Notes under the pieces: model-generated | The model's input: only the letters and a program-made list of their open reading frames with translations | Databases searched by the model: none | What the model was told of the DNA's origin: nothing | Source of the DNA: Octopus vulgaris | Taxonomy: Eukaryota | Assembly: GCA_951406725.2 (NCBI GenBank) | Contig: OX597832.1 | Coordinates: 42,284,001 to 42,348,000, forward strand | Length of the DNA stretch: 64,000 bases | Direction: 5' to 3' | Shown here: positions 1-14,430 of the stretch, in pieces | Numbering within the stretch: position 1 is the first letter of the stretch | Layout of the letters: the number at the start of each line of letters is the position of its first letter | Made by a program: the position numbers and the translations under genes

Positions 1-9
1 ATCTCAGAG

Positions 10-464
10 GAATAGAGAAAGAGAGAGAGTGTGTGAAAGAGAGAGAGAGAGTGTGTGTGTGTGTGTGAAAGAGAGAGAGAGAGAGTGTGTGTGTGAAAGA
101 GAGAGAGAGAGAGTGTGTGTGTGTGAAGAGAGAGAGAGAGAGTGTGTGTGAAAGAGAGAGAGAGAGAGAGAGTGTGAGAGAGAGAGAGAGTGTGTGTGTG
201 TGAAAGAGAGAGAGAGAGTGTGTGAGAGAGAGAGAGAAAGAGAGAGAGAGAGTGTGTGAGAGAGAGAGAGAGAGAGTGTGTGAAAGAGAGAAAGAGAGAG
301 TGTGTGTGAAAGAGAGAAAGAGAGAGTGTGTGTGTGTGAAAGAGAGAGAGAGAGAGTGTGTGTGTGTGAAAGAGAGAGAGAGAGAGAGAGTGTGTGTGAA
401 AGAGAGAGAGAGAGTGTGTGTGTGAAAGAGAGAGAGAGAGAGTGTGTGTGAGAGAGAGAGAGAG

Positions 465-512
<48 letters not shown>

Positions 513-707
513 TGTGTGAGAGAGAGAGAGAGAGTGTGTGAAAGAGAGAGAGAGAGAGTGTGAAAGAGAGAGAGAGAGTGTGTGTGAGAGAGAGAGAGAG
601 AGAGTGTGTGAAAGAGAGAGAGAGAGTGTGAAAGAGAGAGACTGTGTGAAAGAGAGAGTGCGTGAAAGAGAGGGAGAGTGTGTGCGTGAATGAGAGAGAG
701 AGAGAGA

Positions 708-738
<31 letters not shown>

Positions 739-747
739 AAAGAGAGA

Positions 748-778
<31 letters not shown>

Positions 779-816
779 AAAGAGAGTGCGTGTGTGTGTG
801 TGAAAGAGAGAGAGAA
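10..816. repeat. Compound (GA)n/(GT)n microsatellite with recurring GTGAAAGA junctions
   Basis: Directly visible; ORF 4..831 is its artefact. Confidence 0.95.
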
Positions 817-867
817 AGCATTAACACTCAAACTGTCATTGTTTCCTGTGTCAAAGGAGTCTTCTTG

Positions 868-997
868 TGGTTGTGAGGTTAAGTTCGCTTTAACTACGTG
901 GTTTCGAGATCGATTTCACTGCACGCCACCTTGGACAAGTGCATCCTCTAAAAACGTGGCTTCCGAACGATCGAAGCCTTGTGAAATTTGGTAGACG
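868..997 (+). mobile_element. Old diverged SINE-A 5' half
   Basis: Matches SINE-A motifs caccttggacaagtg and gccttgtgaaatttggtagacg. Confidence 0.6.
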
Positions 998-1980
998 TGT
1001 TCTTGGACACTCGCCCTGCCACCTTTGTCTAACATCGCCACTTTGATCGTTAGTTGATTTTTAGAAGAGATCACACCGTTTCAAATATCCAGGCCAGGTT
1101 CTTGGCCAGTCGGCAACTTTCTACCATCCTTAAAGTCTCGTAAGCCTTGAAAAGAGCCATGGGCTCTAGTCTTCCCACTGACCAAATTCCCTTCCCTTAA
1201 AATTAATCGAAAGTTGAAATATTCAAAATTGATTGATTGATTCTTGAATAAGGAATAAATTCTAATTGTCATTAAGGAGCGAGGCATTAAAACCACAAAT
1301 TCTTCTTTCCAGTGTTAAAGAATTCGTGCCTTAATACATTCCCGAATGCAAAAGGGATATAAATTTTCGTTGAATATAATTTACATATCCCACTATTTCG
1401 ATTTTTTAATTGTTAATAAGATTCAGTTAAAAATAATTTTTAATCCTTCAAAATATTAAAAAAAAAATGAAAGGAAGATGGCAGAATGAGCCTTGCAACC
1501 ATAAACTCCCTAAATTACCTAAAAAGGCAGGGCACGAATCCTGCATCTATTAACTTGTCCATCAAAACCGAGGAAAGGGAGCTTTCATTCCCCCCGCCCC
1601 CACCTCCCATGCACCAACGACATTCTAACCGAACCATCCTCGATTCCGACATCACAGTGCAAAAGCGATGTTGTGGAATTGATGCTTCGCCGTTCGGTTT
1701 TCTTTATCGTATTCAGCTATTCCACTTGCTTTTCCGAAGGCAATGGAAAAAATATGATGCTTTGTACCTTTCTAAAAATATGATGCCTTGTACCTTTCTA
1801 ACATTCCTGTTTAAGCCGGAATAAAAAAAATTAATTATAAATTTCATACTAACTGACGTTACGCCGTCTCCAAGAGAGCCCCACAATTTAATAAGTAACC
1901 ATACCTCTAAACAGCACCAAACATAATGCCACCGTCAATAATCTACATCTACTAAGCTTAACAATTTTTATCCCAACATA

Positions 1981-2110
1981 ACTAACACCCACCGATTATT
2001 TATGGTAATCAATCTGAGTTCGATCCGCTGAACATTCGTTCATCATGCCATCCACAAACACCTTGCCAAATCAAATTTACTGTCGCCATGCAACTAACCG
2101 GGTGTCAGAA
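1981..2110 (+). pseudogene. Possible highly decayed LINE RT fragment
   Basis: Translates THRLFMVINLSSIR*TFVHHAIHKHLAKSNLLSPCN, resembling the CR1/L2 YRPISL...HL..NLLS..QHGFR region. Confidence 0.3.
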
Positions 2111-4009
2111 CTGATGAGACTGGGAAAACTGCTAAGCTACTAGTTCCACTACCGCTACTAGATAACGACTGCTTGTTTTATATACTACCAATTCCTTTCA
2201 GACTATGGTTGCGTGACCTGAAGTTGGCTCCACCTTCTTTAAAACGCACACACAAACATACTCGAATACATGCATATATGTACATATTTGCATACAAAAT
2301 TTCTACATGCTATATATATATATATTGTATATATAACACGTTGAAAGGCATGAGCGATTTCAATACATGTATATAAAGCAATTTGCCTTGTTGAAAAGTA
2401 AATTTTAAAAAGGTATAATAATCAAGCTTAAGTGGGTGGTATCTAGCAAGTGGCAGACGATAACTAATGGCGAAGCTAGCTGTTTAACGTAAAAAGAAAA
2501 AAAAGTGTGTTTGTGAGTGGAATGGTATATTTTAACTGTTGTAGGCAGTCATGATAGTTTGTTAGAAGCAACAAGTGCCGCCTTTATTTTATAGCAAGCA
2601 ACTATAACTAGCAGTTTTATGCTGCTTTAATGCCTAGGCTTTAAAATTCTCTTCTGTTTCCACCAAAACCACAACTAGAGTCACCGCCGCTACCGCTACT
2701 ATTTCTCTAATTTATCTGGTAGAGATCCATTGGCTTCGGCTACTGTGTAATTTCGTTGCTGCGTTAGTTTAACGTTAAAAGACGGAAGGCAAACGGAGTA
2801 TGGAAACTGGTTTGGTTAAGTAGTGATTTATGGAAGGAATTAAAAGCCTCATCTAATCATCATCATTATCAATCTACACCCTGTCATCTCGTTTCCTCTC
2901 AGCCGTCAGCCAAGAAACTCTGGCAGTAGATGTAATTACCAAGCTTAAATATATAGATTGCTGTCGAAATTTACTGTAATTAAGAATTTTCAGAGTGGAA
3001 GGGAACAAGAGGTTGCGAAAAAATAAAGGAGGAAATGAAAAAATGAAAGGGAAGAATAAAAGGAAATGAAATTTGTCAATTATTACTTTGAAATAGTGAC
3101 AAAACTCCCTATGTATTAGAGATGGAGAGAGAGAGAAAAGTGGGAATTCGTGCTTTTTCCTTTAACAGAGAAAGGAGACTGCAGTCGAAAACGGGAACTG
3201 CATATTGGAGAAAAAGGACTCCGAGTTTTTACTACGAGCTCTATAGAGTTGTACTTCCAATTTCGTGAAGAAAATTTTTTAGAAATTAGATTTTAATTAT
3301 GTACCACGCGTAAAAGCCTACTTATGAATTCTATTTTATATTTAATTATATAAATAAAAGAAAAACAGGTCTCCAGATTTGTGGTACAACTTCAGCTTAA
3401 ATGCCTTGTCTTTTCTCAGAAAATTCGAATAAATGAACAGGTACAAGTGAAAAAAAATAATCTTCCCCAGGGTATGTGGTTGATGAAAGGGTCAGTGATG
3501 GGCTGAGGTAGGACTATTATAAATTGACATACCCACTCCCATCAATTCATGGCATTGTACCCTTAACTAATGATAGAAAATGTTACCATCAGAACACTAG
3601 TGTGGCTCCATCGATGCAACATATTCCAATTAATCTATGGAATGGGGAGAGCGAAAGGGAAAGAGAGAGGCCTCTAAAGGTGATTTAATGATATTTGGTC
3701 ATTTGCATTATTCTGATCTCATCATTGTCATCACGAGTCTTTATCGTCACGTGATCAGCGACAAGACTGTTCAGCTCTGAATTCTTCCCTTATGTGATGG
3801 TCATTCTTGGCCTATTTCGGAAATTGCAAAAATCTTAATTTTTTTCAACCCTGCTCCAAATTAGTACCTAACTCCCCATCTCCATTTGAAACCCCTAAAG
3901 TTAAAAAAATTTTTTTTCTTAAAAAAAAAAAGAAAAGGTAAATTTCATCTTTTAAGAACATTTTGTATGACCTGACATTTCTGGCTTTCCTCATATTTTA
4001 GTTGTTCCG

Positions 4010-4095
4010 GGTCACTGAACTGCGGCCATGCAGGGACACCGCTTTCAATGGTTTCAGTCGATAATATCGATCTCAGTACTTAGTCTGGTGCTTTT
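4010..4095 (-). mobile_element. Diverged SINE-A 3' tail fragment
   Basis: actgcggccatgcagggacaccgc...agtcga. Confidence 0.55.
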
Positions 4096-6693
4096 CTTTA
4101 AATTAGCGATCAGTTTATCGAATTGCATTATGTCATGTCTAGAAATCGAAGCACGCGCCTCTCCTTAAAAGACTGAAATTATAGACAAGCTGTAGCTAGC
4201 TGGAGATCGAGTAAATCTTCCATGAAGCAGCGTGAAGCTAGTTTTGCCGGTTATCACGTGAGAGACGTTTCGATCTGCTGTTGGAGAGACACCAGCTGTA
4301 GAGAAACAGCCATTGCATCTATAAAGAGAAATATCACCCAATGCTTCTTCCATCAGCCTTTAAATCATTCTAAAGCACTGACATAAAAATGCCGGTTTAA
4401 TGACTACAAAATTTGACATTTGTAAACGAGTGACTATTAAGATTATGATGTTTCATTCAGTATAACTGAAAAAAAAAACCGGTAATATCATTTAGGGATT
4501 AGGGTGTTTGCTAGAACTATAAGGGAAGGAAAAAAAAATCATCAATATTATATTGCAAAACTCAATGTTACTTTATTAGTGAAGTTGGTGGAACAGTTAT
4601 GAACAAGTTAAGTTAATTTTCCTCTATAATGAAACTGAACTCGTGTTTCAGAATTAAAAAGCAAGATATATTATTAAAATTAAGGTGATATTGCAGATTC
4701 ATCATGGCTGCACGATTGATAAAATAATTTATAGCAATCTGCTGTAACTGAACATCTAATATTCAGTATATAAAAGAATCGAAACGGCAGAATCAAGGTT
4801 TCCAGTAGCAATGCCTTGCGAGGAGGGACAGTTTTTGCTTCAGATTAACTAGAAAACGACCATGTTCATTAACATTGAGAAAAAAAAAAAAAAAAAAAAA
4901 AAGGACTTGTGTGATAATTGAACATCTGATTTGATAAAAAATTGTATATTTAAAAGTGACATTTTTTTTTCCATGACTAAAAATGATTAGTGGTGAGTGA
5001 CAACATTTTTGATGATAAGTGCCAAAAATTGTGACATGTGTCAAACTGCCAAGATGATACCGGTTGTCTAAATAGTATTTATACGCAAACATATTGTCAC
5101 TAATATCCATTCAGTAGCATGGTTTAAGAATTAAAATCCGTACAATATGGAACCTCGCACAAACATTTTCGATGCTTTTATTAATATATCTGAAATAAAT
5201 GAAGCATTTAATTCTGGAATATTCAAAAATCGTTAAAGAAAAAAAAATCATTCTTCAGATCTCAACAGCTGTCTACTCACTCACTCATTGTTCCTACCCA
5301 CCCCCCTATGTTATTTCCTGTTTACACCCAGACCTCCCGACAGGTTTAATCAGCATAATTACAAGTAAGCATTTCCTCAGAGTTGGTTTTGCTTCGCTGC
5401 TCAAAAATTACCGTTTGTTATATCTCACACGAAGAGAAATATGCCTGAAATTTGATGGAGCAGATCAACGATCTTCCAACCGTGGCCATTCCATCCGCAT
5501 ATTTCCATGACTACATTATTCAATGTGTCACCGTTTTTTTAAAAAATAATATAGTAAGCCCGTGAGAGATCTGGTTGTTATTTCTAGCAGATTAAACGAT
5601 CAGATAAAGGAAGTGGCATATGTCCATAAAATCTTATCCCACTATCCAGACATCCAATTCTATCACATGTCATCCATAATATATACCACAGCCTGCCGCT
5701 AATTCAGCATCCATTGATCGCATGACAGTCACATGCCACAATACGACAGTCCACATGAAGTATTTAATTAAATTCAACCATATGTTCGTTGACATTCAAT
5801 TTCATTGAAATAAATTACAGTTTTTTTTATTGTTGGGAGTGGGGAAAATTGTCAATGGCATTTCTTGCTCCTTTCATACTCCACACTCACACTTTCTCAC
5901 ACGCACAAGAAAATCAACGGCTCCAGCAGGAATTTGAAAGGTCTCAGAAAAGCGCCGAGAACTCAACGCTATTTCCCCAACATCCAGTATTGCAATTATA
6001 AGATGTAACAGGGAAGAGGAGAGATAATACAAAGTATCACTTTTATTAAATCTGGGCGAAGTGACAAGAAAAGACATTGGATGGTATTTGAACTCGGAAA
6101 TTAGAGCCTTCTAAGTACCTAGTTTGGTAGTTCAGATCACCACAGCTCGAACGGCAGTTTCTTATACAATCGACAGTAGCCCCAGAAATTACTGGATGGA
6201 ACAAGGTCCACAGCAGTTATTGTCAGTATTACAGATGTTCAAAAAATAATATTCTCTTCACCCTAAAAATTGGGGGATATATTGGATATTGTATTCTTGT
6301 AACAGAATACAATTAATGGATGGATGAAGAATGGGGGGGGGGGGCAAATTAGACTAGAAACATTCAGTGGATTGAACAATAGGCAGGAAAATAAGACCAC
6401 GAAGGAGTTCCAACAAAAGAGACTTTTGGCAAGCATCAGCTCGGCTGGATTGAAAGAAAAACAAGAAGGGGACGGTATGAGAGAAAAAGGGGACAGACAA
6501 TATTAAAACATTAATAACTGTTCACGGGAAAGAGCAGGAAGGGGTTTCAATAAGAGAGAGAGAGAGAACACCGAGGTTTCTGCAGCAATCACTGGGAGGA
6601 AATATTTTGGGAGCTGTCGGCTTACAGACTAAATTGATCCCTATGAAACAGCCCTACCAAATGTTAGTGTGCTGTATGGCATTGGGGTTTACC

Positions 6694-7092
6694 TTGTAGT
6701 TACAATAGAGTGGGGTTCAAATCTTGATCGCAAGACAACGAATAGAACTTTTTAATTAGCATTAGCTGTTCACCGCTGGTCAACACTGGATGAACAGAAT
6801 TGTCATAGGCGCTTCGACCGCGACAGTCCTGCCTTTAGTTGTAGTTGCTATAGAGCGGGGCTTAAATATTGATTGCAAGACAACAACTAGGACTCTTCAG
6901 GCAGTGGAAGCACTGAATGAGCACAATGATCATAGGCGTTTCAGCCATGACATTCCTGCCTTTACTTGTAGTTGCTATAGAGCGGGGCTTAAATCTTGAT
7001 AGCAAGACAACAACTAGGACTCTTCAGGCAGTGGAAGCACTGAATGAGCAGAATGATCATGGGCGTTTCAGTCACGACAGTCCTGCCTTTAG
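6694..7092. repeat. Tandem repeat, 3 units (145, 127, 127 bp)
   Basis: Units start ttgtagtt at 6694, 6839, 6966; units 2 and 3 nearly identical. Confidence 0.9.
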
Positions 7093-7664
7093 CGATATGT
7101 ACGAGTTGAGCTAGCCACATTATATCAATGTAGTCGTGGTTGCTATTTCTTGCAGGTCGAGCGACCGTGTAAAAAGGCTTCCCTTCATCGACTCGTTTTA
7201 GCGGTGGAGAGGAGAGAACAGACTTGGTGTGTAATGGTGGTGTTGAGAACAGAGGTGGTTTGTTGAGGCGGTGGTGGTGGTGGGGCTGGTGGTGAACATA
7301 GAGAACGGCTGGAAGAGGGTGCCTATTAGCAATTACTTTAATATATTGGTTGGAGAGGAGGACGAGGAGACTCGTTCTGTTGTACACAACAGTAGCAGCA
7401 GCAGCCGCAGAAGGCTACTTTATTTTTCCCTACGTGGAATCAGCTAAACACAAAAAAAAACAAAAAAGAAAACGAAAACAAAAACAAGGCTAGGGTCTGG
7501 CCTTCTGACAAAAGGGGATTTTAACATGCCGTCTTCGAAAGCGACAGACAGCAAGCACGCTTTCAACCGCTTCCCTTTCTACTTATTGTAAATGCGTGTG
7601 TGTATGCGAGCGATTCTGTGATAGCAAGCTTCGTCACAGAACTTGACAGATGGAAGGTCGGCTA

Positions 7665-7700
<36 letters not shown>

Positions 7701-8127
7701 TGTGCGTGTTAGAGAGAGAGAAAGAGAGAGAGTTGTAGAGAAAGAAGCTGGCTGTATTATATATACAGCACACACACACACACGCACTGGCTACCGGTAT
7801 CAACCGAGTTAACAGCAATAGCAAGGAAGACGGATGTGTGATGGTGGTGACAGAAACGTGTGTGTGTGAGAGAGAGAGAACATGATGGTGGTGGTGGTGG
7901 TGGTGATGGCGGCGGTAAAAAGAGTGAGGGAGATGAGGATGATAGTAGCAGCGGTAAAACAGAAGGTCGTAGTAGTAGTAGTAGTAGTAGCAGCAGCGGC
8001 GGTGATGGCGGCGGTGGTGGTGGTGAAACTAGGAAAAGGATTAGCCCAGAAGAACGAGGCACTATTTTTGAAATATATATTTCAGAAACATGTACGGTTC
8101 TACAAAAGAACCAATTGGAATGATGGG

Positions 8128-8161
<34 letters not shown>

Positions 8162-10470
8162 GGGCAGGAATCTGTAGAAAACTTGTATCTTGCCCAGGGA
8201 TAATGCTTTTTACAGGAGAACATTACTTTATTATACGAGAGAGAGATTCATACATGTTCACAACTACTGTCTTCTTTCTTCTGCTTGTAACAAATCTTAG
8301 CTTTAACTCATCCCTTTTCTTAAATCGTCGCTGTTATCATAAGGTAGTGAAACTGAGCGGTAAAAACAAAAGCTATTTTGTAAACCTGGCCCCTGTTTTC
8401 CTTAATGAACATGAGAAAATTTTTCTAGCAAAAACTGACAATTGAACAACGAAGACCAGGTGATGAATATATTTTAATCTGTCGCTTGCTTTCTCTCTCT
8501 CTCTCTCTCTCTCTGCTATTCCCCCTTCCTTCCTCTCACCAAATGCTAAGCGGAACAGAACAAAGAAGCTGTGTGATTCAGTGAAAGCTTTCATATCGCC
8601 GCAAAACAAGTTCAAACCTCATCAGAAAATTGCTTTTAAAATACAACACCGGTGATATTCGCGATCGTTTAATAACATGTTCGTTTTGCTGATAAATTAA
8701 AAGAAAAAAAAAAAATAAAGCTTGTGTGCCTAGTTGAATAATGATAATTCGGCTTTATTTGAAAAATTAAAAATGAGGAAATTTATGAGTTTTATAATTC
8801 GAAAGCGAAGCGGGGAATTGAATAGAAATTAATAAACTTAAAAAGTAGTATTTTACTGGGAATATGGCCAGGAATCTTGTCATTTTAAGTAACATTTGTG
8901 CAATAAAGAATAAATAAAAAGGCAAATAGACAGTCGTGTCTTACACGAAGTAGAAACAGAACATTTTGGAAGTTTTCACATATCTAATGAGGAATGTCTT
9001 TTGTTTCATTTAGATTAATTAGTTTAATATGAAGTCTGTTAATATATATATACAACGACTTGAAACACACACACAGTAGTTTTTCACATGACAAACTATA
9101 CACCCACATGAGGAGTTGGTGTTAGTTGAAATAAATAAAAAAAAAGCATTAAAATTTATGTACATCTTGTCACGGAAAGAGTTGACTGAGACCAGATTAC
9201 TAGGATTAAGTAAATATCTATTGTCACCAAGATTCGGTGACAACAGTCTTAGTTTTCTTTGCGATCACATACGGTATTCGAAAAATTTTGAAAATTTTTG
9301 TAAAATTAGAAATGGCTCTTGAATCATGTGACAGTTTAAGATTTTAATTATACACATATATACATACATATATGCATATATATATACACACACACATATG
9401 TGTCGGTACACTGGTAATGCAGGAAGAGGGGGTGATTTTCAGCTGCTTTTACTACTACCGTAGGTCCCCCCCCCCCGTGCACACACACACACCCGGCTTT
9501 AGTAGTTGTATCAGCCAGCGGTTTGTCATCTGACAAGTTAGGCGCGCAGGGAACATAAAGTAGATTTCTTTGTAATCGAGTTTTTGCTTCCCACAGAAGC
9601 GAGGAAATCGTAGATAAAAGACAACACACGCACACAAGCTTAACAACCCCAGACACGATCTAAAGTGTCATCTACGTTTTATTCGGCAAATAAAAAAAAA
9701 AGTGTAAAAGAAATTTAAACCGCCGTCAAAAATTTACACATATTATTATTATTATTATATATAATCTGGGCTTGTTGGCTACAAAAAAATGACAACTTGA
9801 AAATCACTGTTTGACAGAATGAACAGGAAAAATTCTAAGTGAAATAAGAAAAAAAATTTAGCGGCGAACAGCGAGCTTTGCCTTGTTAAATAGCTTTTAA
9901 CATGGAGCATAATTTATGTTAAGTTTAGAACTGCGTGAGCGCGCGCGCACAACGTGCGGCTTTTGAGATGAGAGATAGAGCGGCGAGTTTTTAGCGGAGG
10001 CCGCATCGTTGTTAAAGTTAAAACAAGATGTATTAAATGATATTTGTGACGATGAAAATAAAATGAGGAAATACTAAAGGGAGTGACATTAGTTATTTCT
10101 TTTTTTAAATCTATGTAAATCATTAAAGGAATTTAATAATTGGGTTTTTAGAGAACAGTGATAGAAATTTCCATTGATATTTAATATACGTTTACAAGAT
10201 TAAAACTGCAATTACATCTTTTTCGAACAAGGTTTTTCTTTTTTTTTTTTTGGCTATTTCTTCTTTTCTTCTCTTTCAAAATCTTGTGAAATAAAATTTT
10301 AATTCCATATCGAAAATGTAAAAAAAATGTTACTTAGATTTAAGAGTATTTGAACATTTTCTGGTTATCAATTTAGAAAGAAATTTAAAAAAAAAAAACA
10401 TAAAACATGGGATTGTAAAAAGATTTAAGAAAAAATAAAAAGGAAAAAAAAAAAATGTTTCAATACTTAC

Positions 10471-10495
10471 ATGGAGAGTCGTTCGCTGCTGCCAT
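10471..10495 (-). CDS. Candidate first coding exon, MAAANDSP + 1 nt (phase 1), product unknown
   Basis: Minus strand AAAAG-ATG GCA GCA GCG AAC GAC TCT CCA T|GTAAGT: good Kozak/YY1-like start context and consensus donor at 10470-10465. Confidence 0.55.
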
Positions 10496-10625
10496 CTTTT
10501 TCTACAGCGGTCACAGTAATAATGATGTCAACGCGCTATCGAAGACGAGGCTGGAATTCCCCGCAGACACGCCCCCCTTTTATGTCGGCGCTTAAAATTG
10601 GTACAGGTTCGAATCGAGCAGACCT
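10496..10625 (-). promoter_or_regulatory. CpG-rich promoter/5'UTR with Sp/KLF GC box
   Basis: cacgcccccc at 10568-10577 and clustered CpGs in an AT-rich background, just upstream of the candidate exon. Confidence 0.45.
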
Positions 10626-11794
10626 CGATTCAAATCAGATTTTTTTTTTTTTAAATAATTAATTTGATGTTAAATTTTTGGTTAAATTTCCTTTTATGTT
10701 GCTTGGTTTTAAATTTAATTTATTTTTACTCCGTGAAATTGGGATGAAGATGATTGTATATTTTTCCACATTCAACTCTCAGGCTAAAAAAATGTGAAAA
10801 AAAAAAAAAGAAAGAGAAAATAGAATTTTAAGGAGAAAGATAATGATGTATCTAATAAATCTTGTTTTTTTTAAATTAAAAAAAAAACAACAAAGAAACA
10901 AGCCCTATTTTACATTTGTTTAAAAATCTATTTTTCCAATTTCGATTAACACACAAAAACAAAACAAAAAACCCCACAAGCAAAACTAGATTAATATTAA
11001 TAAAGTAAATGTATAGCAACTAATAAATCCATATATAGATATTAATCCATACATATACATGTGAATGGATTTACAGGCTCGTGCGAAGAACAGACAAAGA
11101 AAATGAAAATGACTTGGTTGAAATTGGTCGCATCTTTGTATTTGTAACTTTTTAGAAAATTAAGCTTGTTAAACAGAAAAAAAAAATATCATAAATATAC
11201 ACAGATTTGGAAATATATAGATATTATAAATATATAACATATATTTTATAAAATTATATTTACAAATATGTATTATATATTATAATATAGAAAGAGAGGG
11301 GAGAGCGATATGGCGAGGACTAATTTCCTTGCTAGAAAGAGAGAGAGAGAGAGAGAGAAAAAATGAAAGAAATATATGTATATATATATGTAAAGAGAGA
11401 AGTGTTGTTAGTCCTCAGTACTTCCAGATTAGTTAGTAAGAGAAATTTTTATGAAAAAGTTTATCCACTCAACTCTTTCTTTTTATAAGAAGTCTTGGTA
11501 AACACTGTTTTGGCAATGCTTCTGCGACAACGACAACTGACTGAGTGACTAGTTTTGAAACTGCCGTTACTCCGCTCCTCTTCTCCTTCTTCTTCTTCTA
11601 TCTTCAACTCCTTACTCACACACACACACACACAAAGCCTGTTACAGCAGTCAGTCAAGTCAGACTCTTTCGCTCTCTCTCTCGCTCTCGCTCACTTACT
11701 CACTGATATGGCTTTTTGTTTCCTTCTTCTCCACCAATCAACTGAACTGCAGTTTTCTTACCACCACCATCTACATGGAATATATACGAACATT

Positions 11795-11999
11795 TTATAT
11801 TATATATATACATATATATAGATATATAATATGTGTGTGTGTGTATGTATATATGTATGTATGTGTATACATATATATATATGTATATGTGTGTGTGTGT
11901 GTATGTATATGTATGGTCACTGTGGGTGTACTGTTCAAATATTTACAATATATATTAATATATATGTATACACACCTCCACGCACTAGTAATAAATATG

Positions 12000-12036
<37 letters not shown>

Positions 12037-12167
12037 ATGTATGTATGTATATGTATGTATGTATGTATATGTATATATATATGTATGTATGTATGTATAT
12101 GTATATATATATGTATGTATGTGTATATGTATGTATATATATATATGTATATATATGTATATGTGTA

Positions 12168-12203
<36 letters not shown>

Positions 12204-12275
12204 TGTATATATGATAATTATATGTATGTGTGTGTGTGTGTGTGTATGTGTGTATGTGTGTATGTGTGTGCGTGC
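11795..12275. repeat. (TA)/(TATG)/(TG) microsatellite
   Basis: Directly visible. Confidence 0.9.
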
Positions 12276-12982
12276 ACGTTACCCAGACCAAACCGCTTTC
12301 ACATCACATCACATCACTCACTCACTCACTCACAACTCCTCACTCAGCGATCTTGTTTGTCTCTCTATCAAGCACGGCATTAATCTCTTTTGTCTCGAAC
12401 CCGACGGATCTCTTGGAACCAGGCTCGAATCTAGCTACGGAAGAAGCAAAAAAAACAAAAAACAAAAACACCCCCAAGAAAGAAACCCAACAAAACTTTA
12501 TTAGCCTACACTTTATAAACATATTTCTTCAATCCACTCACCTTCCGTTCAATTACTACACAGACAACAAATCAATACCTTCATCATTATGTCTACCATC
12601 TCCACCATCATTACTCCAGCATCTATTTTATTCTTATAATGCCGGTTAAAGCCATTTTCTTCCAGTTGTATCGCTACTCCTCATCATAGGTAGTAATGCA
12701 AGGAAAGCCGCCAGAACACCTCTCTCTCTTTACAAATATTTTACCATTTGCAATTTTCTTTTTTTAAAGAAATTTCACGATTTCAGAAAACATTTATTGG
12801 ATTGACAGAAACAGTGTCGAACATAACCATAACATAATGTTTCCCGATACAGCGATGGAGCTTTCGAATCCCGCCGTGTTTAACTTTGCCTTTAACAATT
12901 CTTCCTGGGGTTTCATAAAATCTAAAGTACCGGTTAAGTGCTGATAGACATCCCCCAAATTTTAATGTGCCTACGTTAGAAG

Positions 12983-13054
<72 letters not shown>

Positions 13055-13245
13055 CATCGATATTATTATTATTATCAATATTGGGATGAAAATCACCAAA
13101 TCTATTTTCAAGAATATGAAACCTATCAATTCTTGTTTAATTCTCGGCAAATTTCATATATTTTCTTCCAACCCTTTCTTTGTGTATGTGTAAGTGTTTA
13201 CACACACACACACACACACACACAGGCACACACACACACACACAG

Positions 13246-13288
<43 letters not shown>

Positions 13289-13465
13289 CACACACACACA
13301 CACAGAGGCACACACACACACACGCAAACACGAGTCGTAATCACATCCCAGACTCGCCAACCAACATACCCACGATTATATCATATATACATTCGCATTC
13401 ATCCGTTCATGCATCCACACATAAAAGAATGTTTAGCATCTTTTAATGAGGCAGCCTCGCACACA

Positions 13466-13516
<51 letters not shown>

Positions 13517-13650
13517 CACAGCACGCTCGCGCTCGCGCGCCTCTACGCGCGCACTTTCATTCGCCACTGCTCCGGCTTCTTTCTTTCTCGCTCTAAATCT
13601 CTTTCTCTCTCAGTTTCATTCACTTTCTCTGTCATTCACACACACACTAG

Positions 13651-13689
<39 letters not shown>

Positions 13690-13723
13690 GCTTTTCTATG
13701 TGATCATTGCAGCTTGATGAAGT

Positions 13724-13917
13724 GTCATCATCATCATCATCATCGTCATCATCGTCGTCATCGTCATCGTCGTCGTCATTGGTGGCATCATCCCTATCAA
13801 GTGATGACTTGGTCTTTTATCTTTCTTCCGGGATCTTCGCCATGTACTCTTCCACCCGGAATCTGTGGCTTTGTGCCAAGGTATGAAATCATCACCATCA
13901 TCATCACCATCATCATC

Positions 13918-14006
<89 letters not shown>

Positions 14007-14060
14007 TACCATCATCACCATCGTCGTCGTTGTCGTCATCATCTCCATCATCATCAGGAC

Positions 14061-14133
<73 letters not shown>

Positions 14134-14171
14134 GTCATCATCAACATCATCGTCATCATCATCATCATCAT

Positions 14172-14203
<32 letters not shown>

Positions 14204-14279
14204 TCGTCATCATCAACATCATCGTCATCATCAACATCATCATCATCATCACAACCATCATCATCACCATCATCATCAC

Positions 14280-14327
<48 letters not shown>

Positions 14328-14382
14328 TACCGTCGTCATCACCATCATCGTCGTCGTCGTCATCATCCCCATCATCAATCAG

Positions 14383-14427
<45 letters not shown>

Positions 14428-14430
14428 CAT
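13724..14430. repeat. (ATC)n/(ACC)/(GTC) trinucleotide array with an embedded decayed SINE-B tail at ~13800-13890
   Basis: Directly visible; source of the poly-D/M/I/S ORFs. Confidence 0.92.

Noticed and set aside
2111-2140. CTGATGAG hammerhead core
   Set aside because: No compatible stem II, stem III or UH
5789-6506. Short ORFs as exons or LINE ORF1 remnant
   Set aside because: No recognisable motif or convincing splice-site pair
6838-7092. Retrozyme-like monomers (minus strand CTGAAGA...GAAAC in the tandem units)
   Set aside because: Stems I and III cannot be formed; motif absent from the first unit
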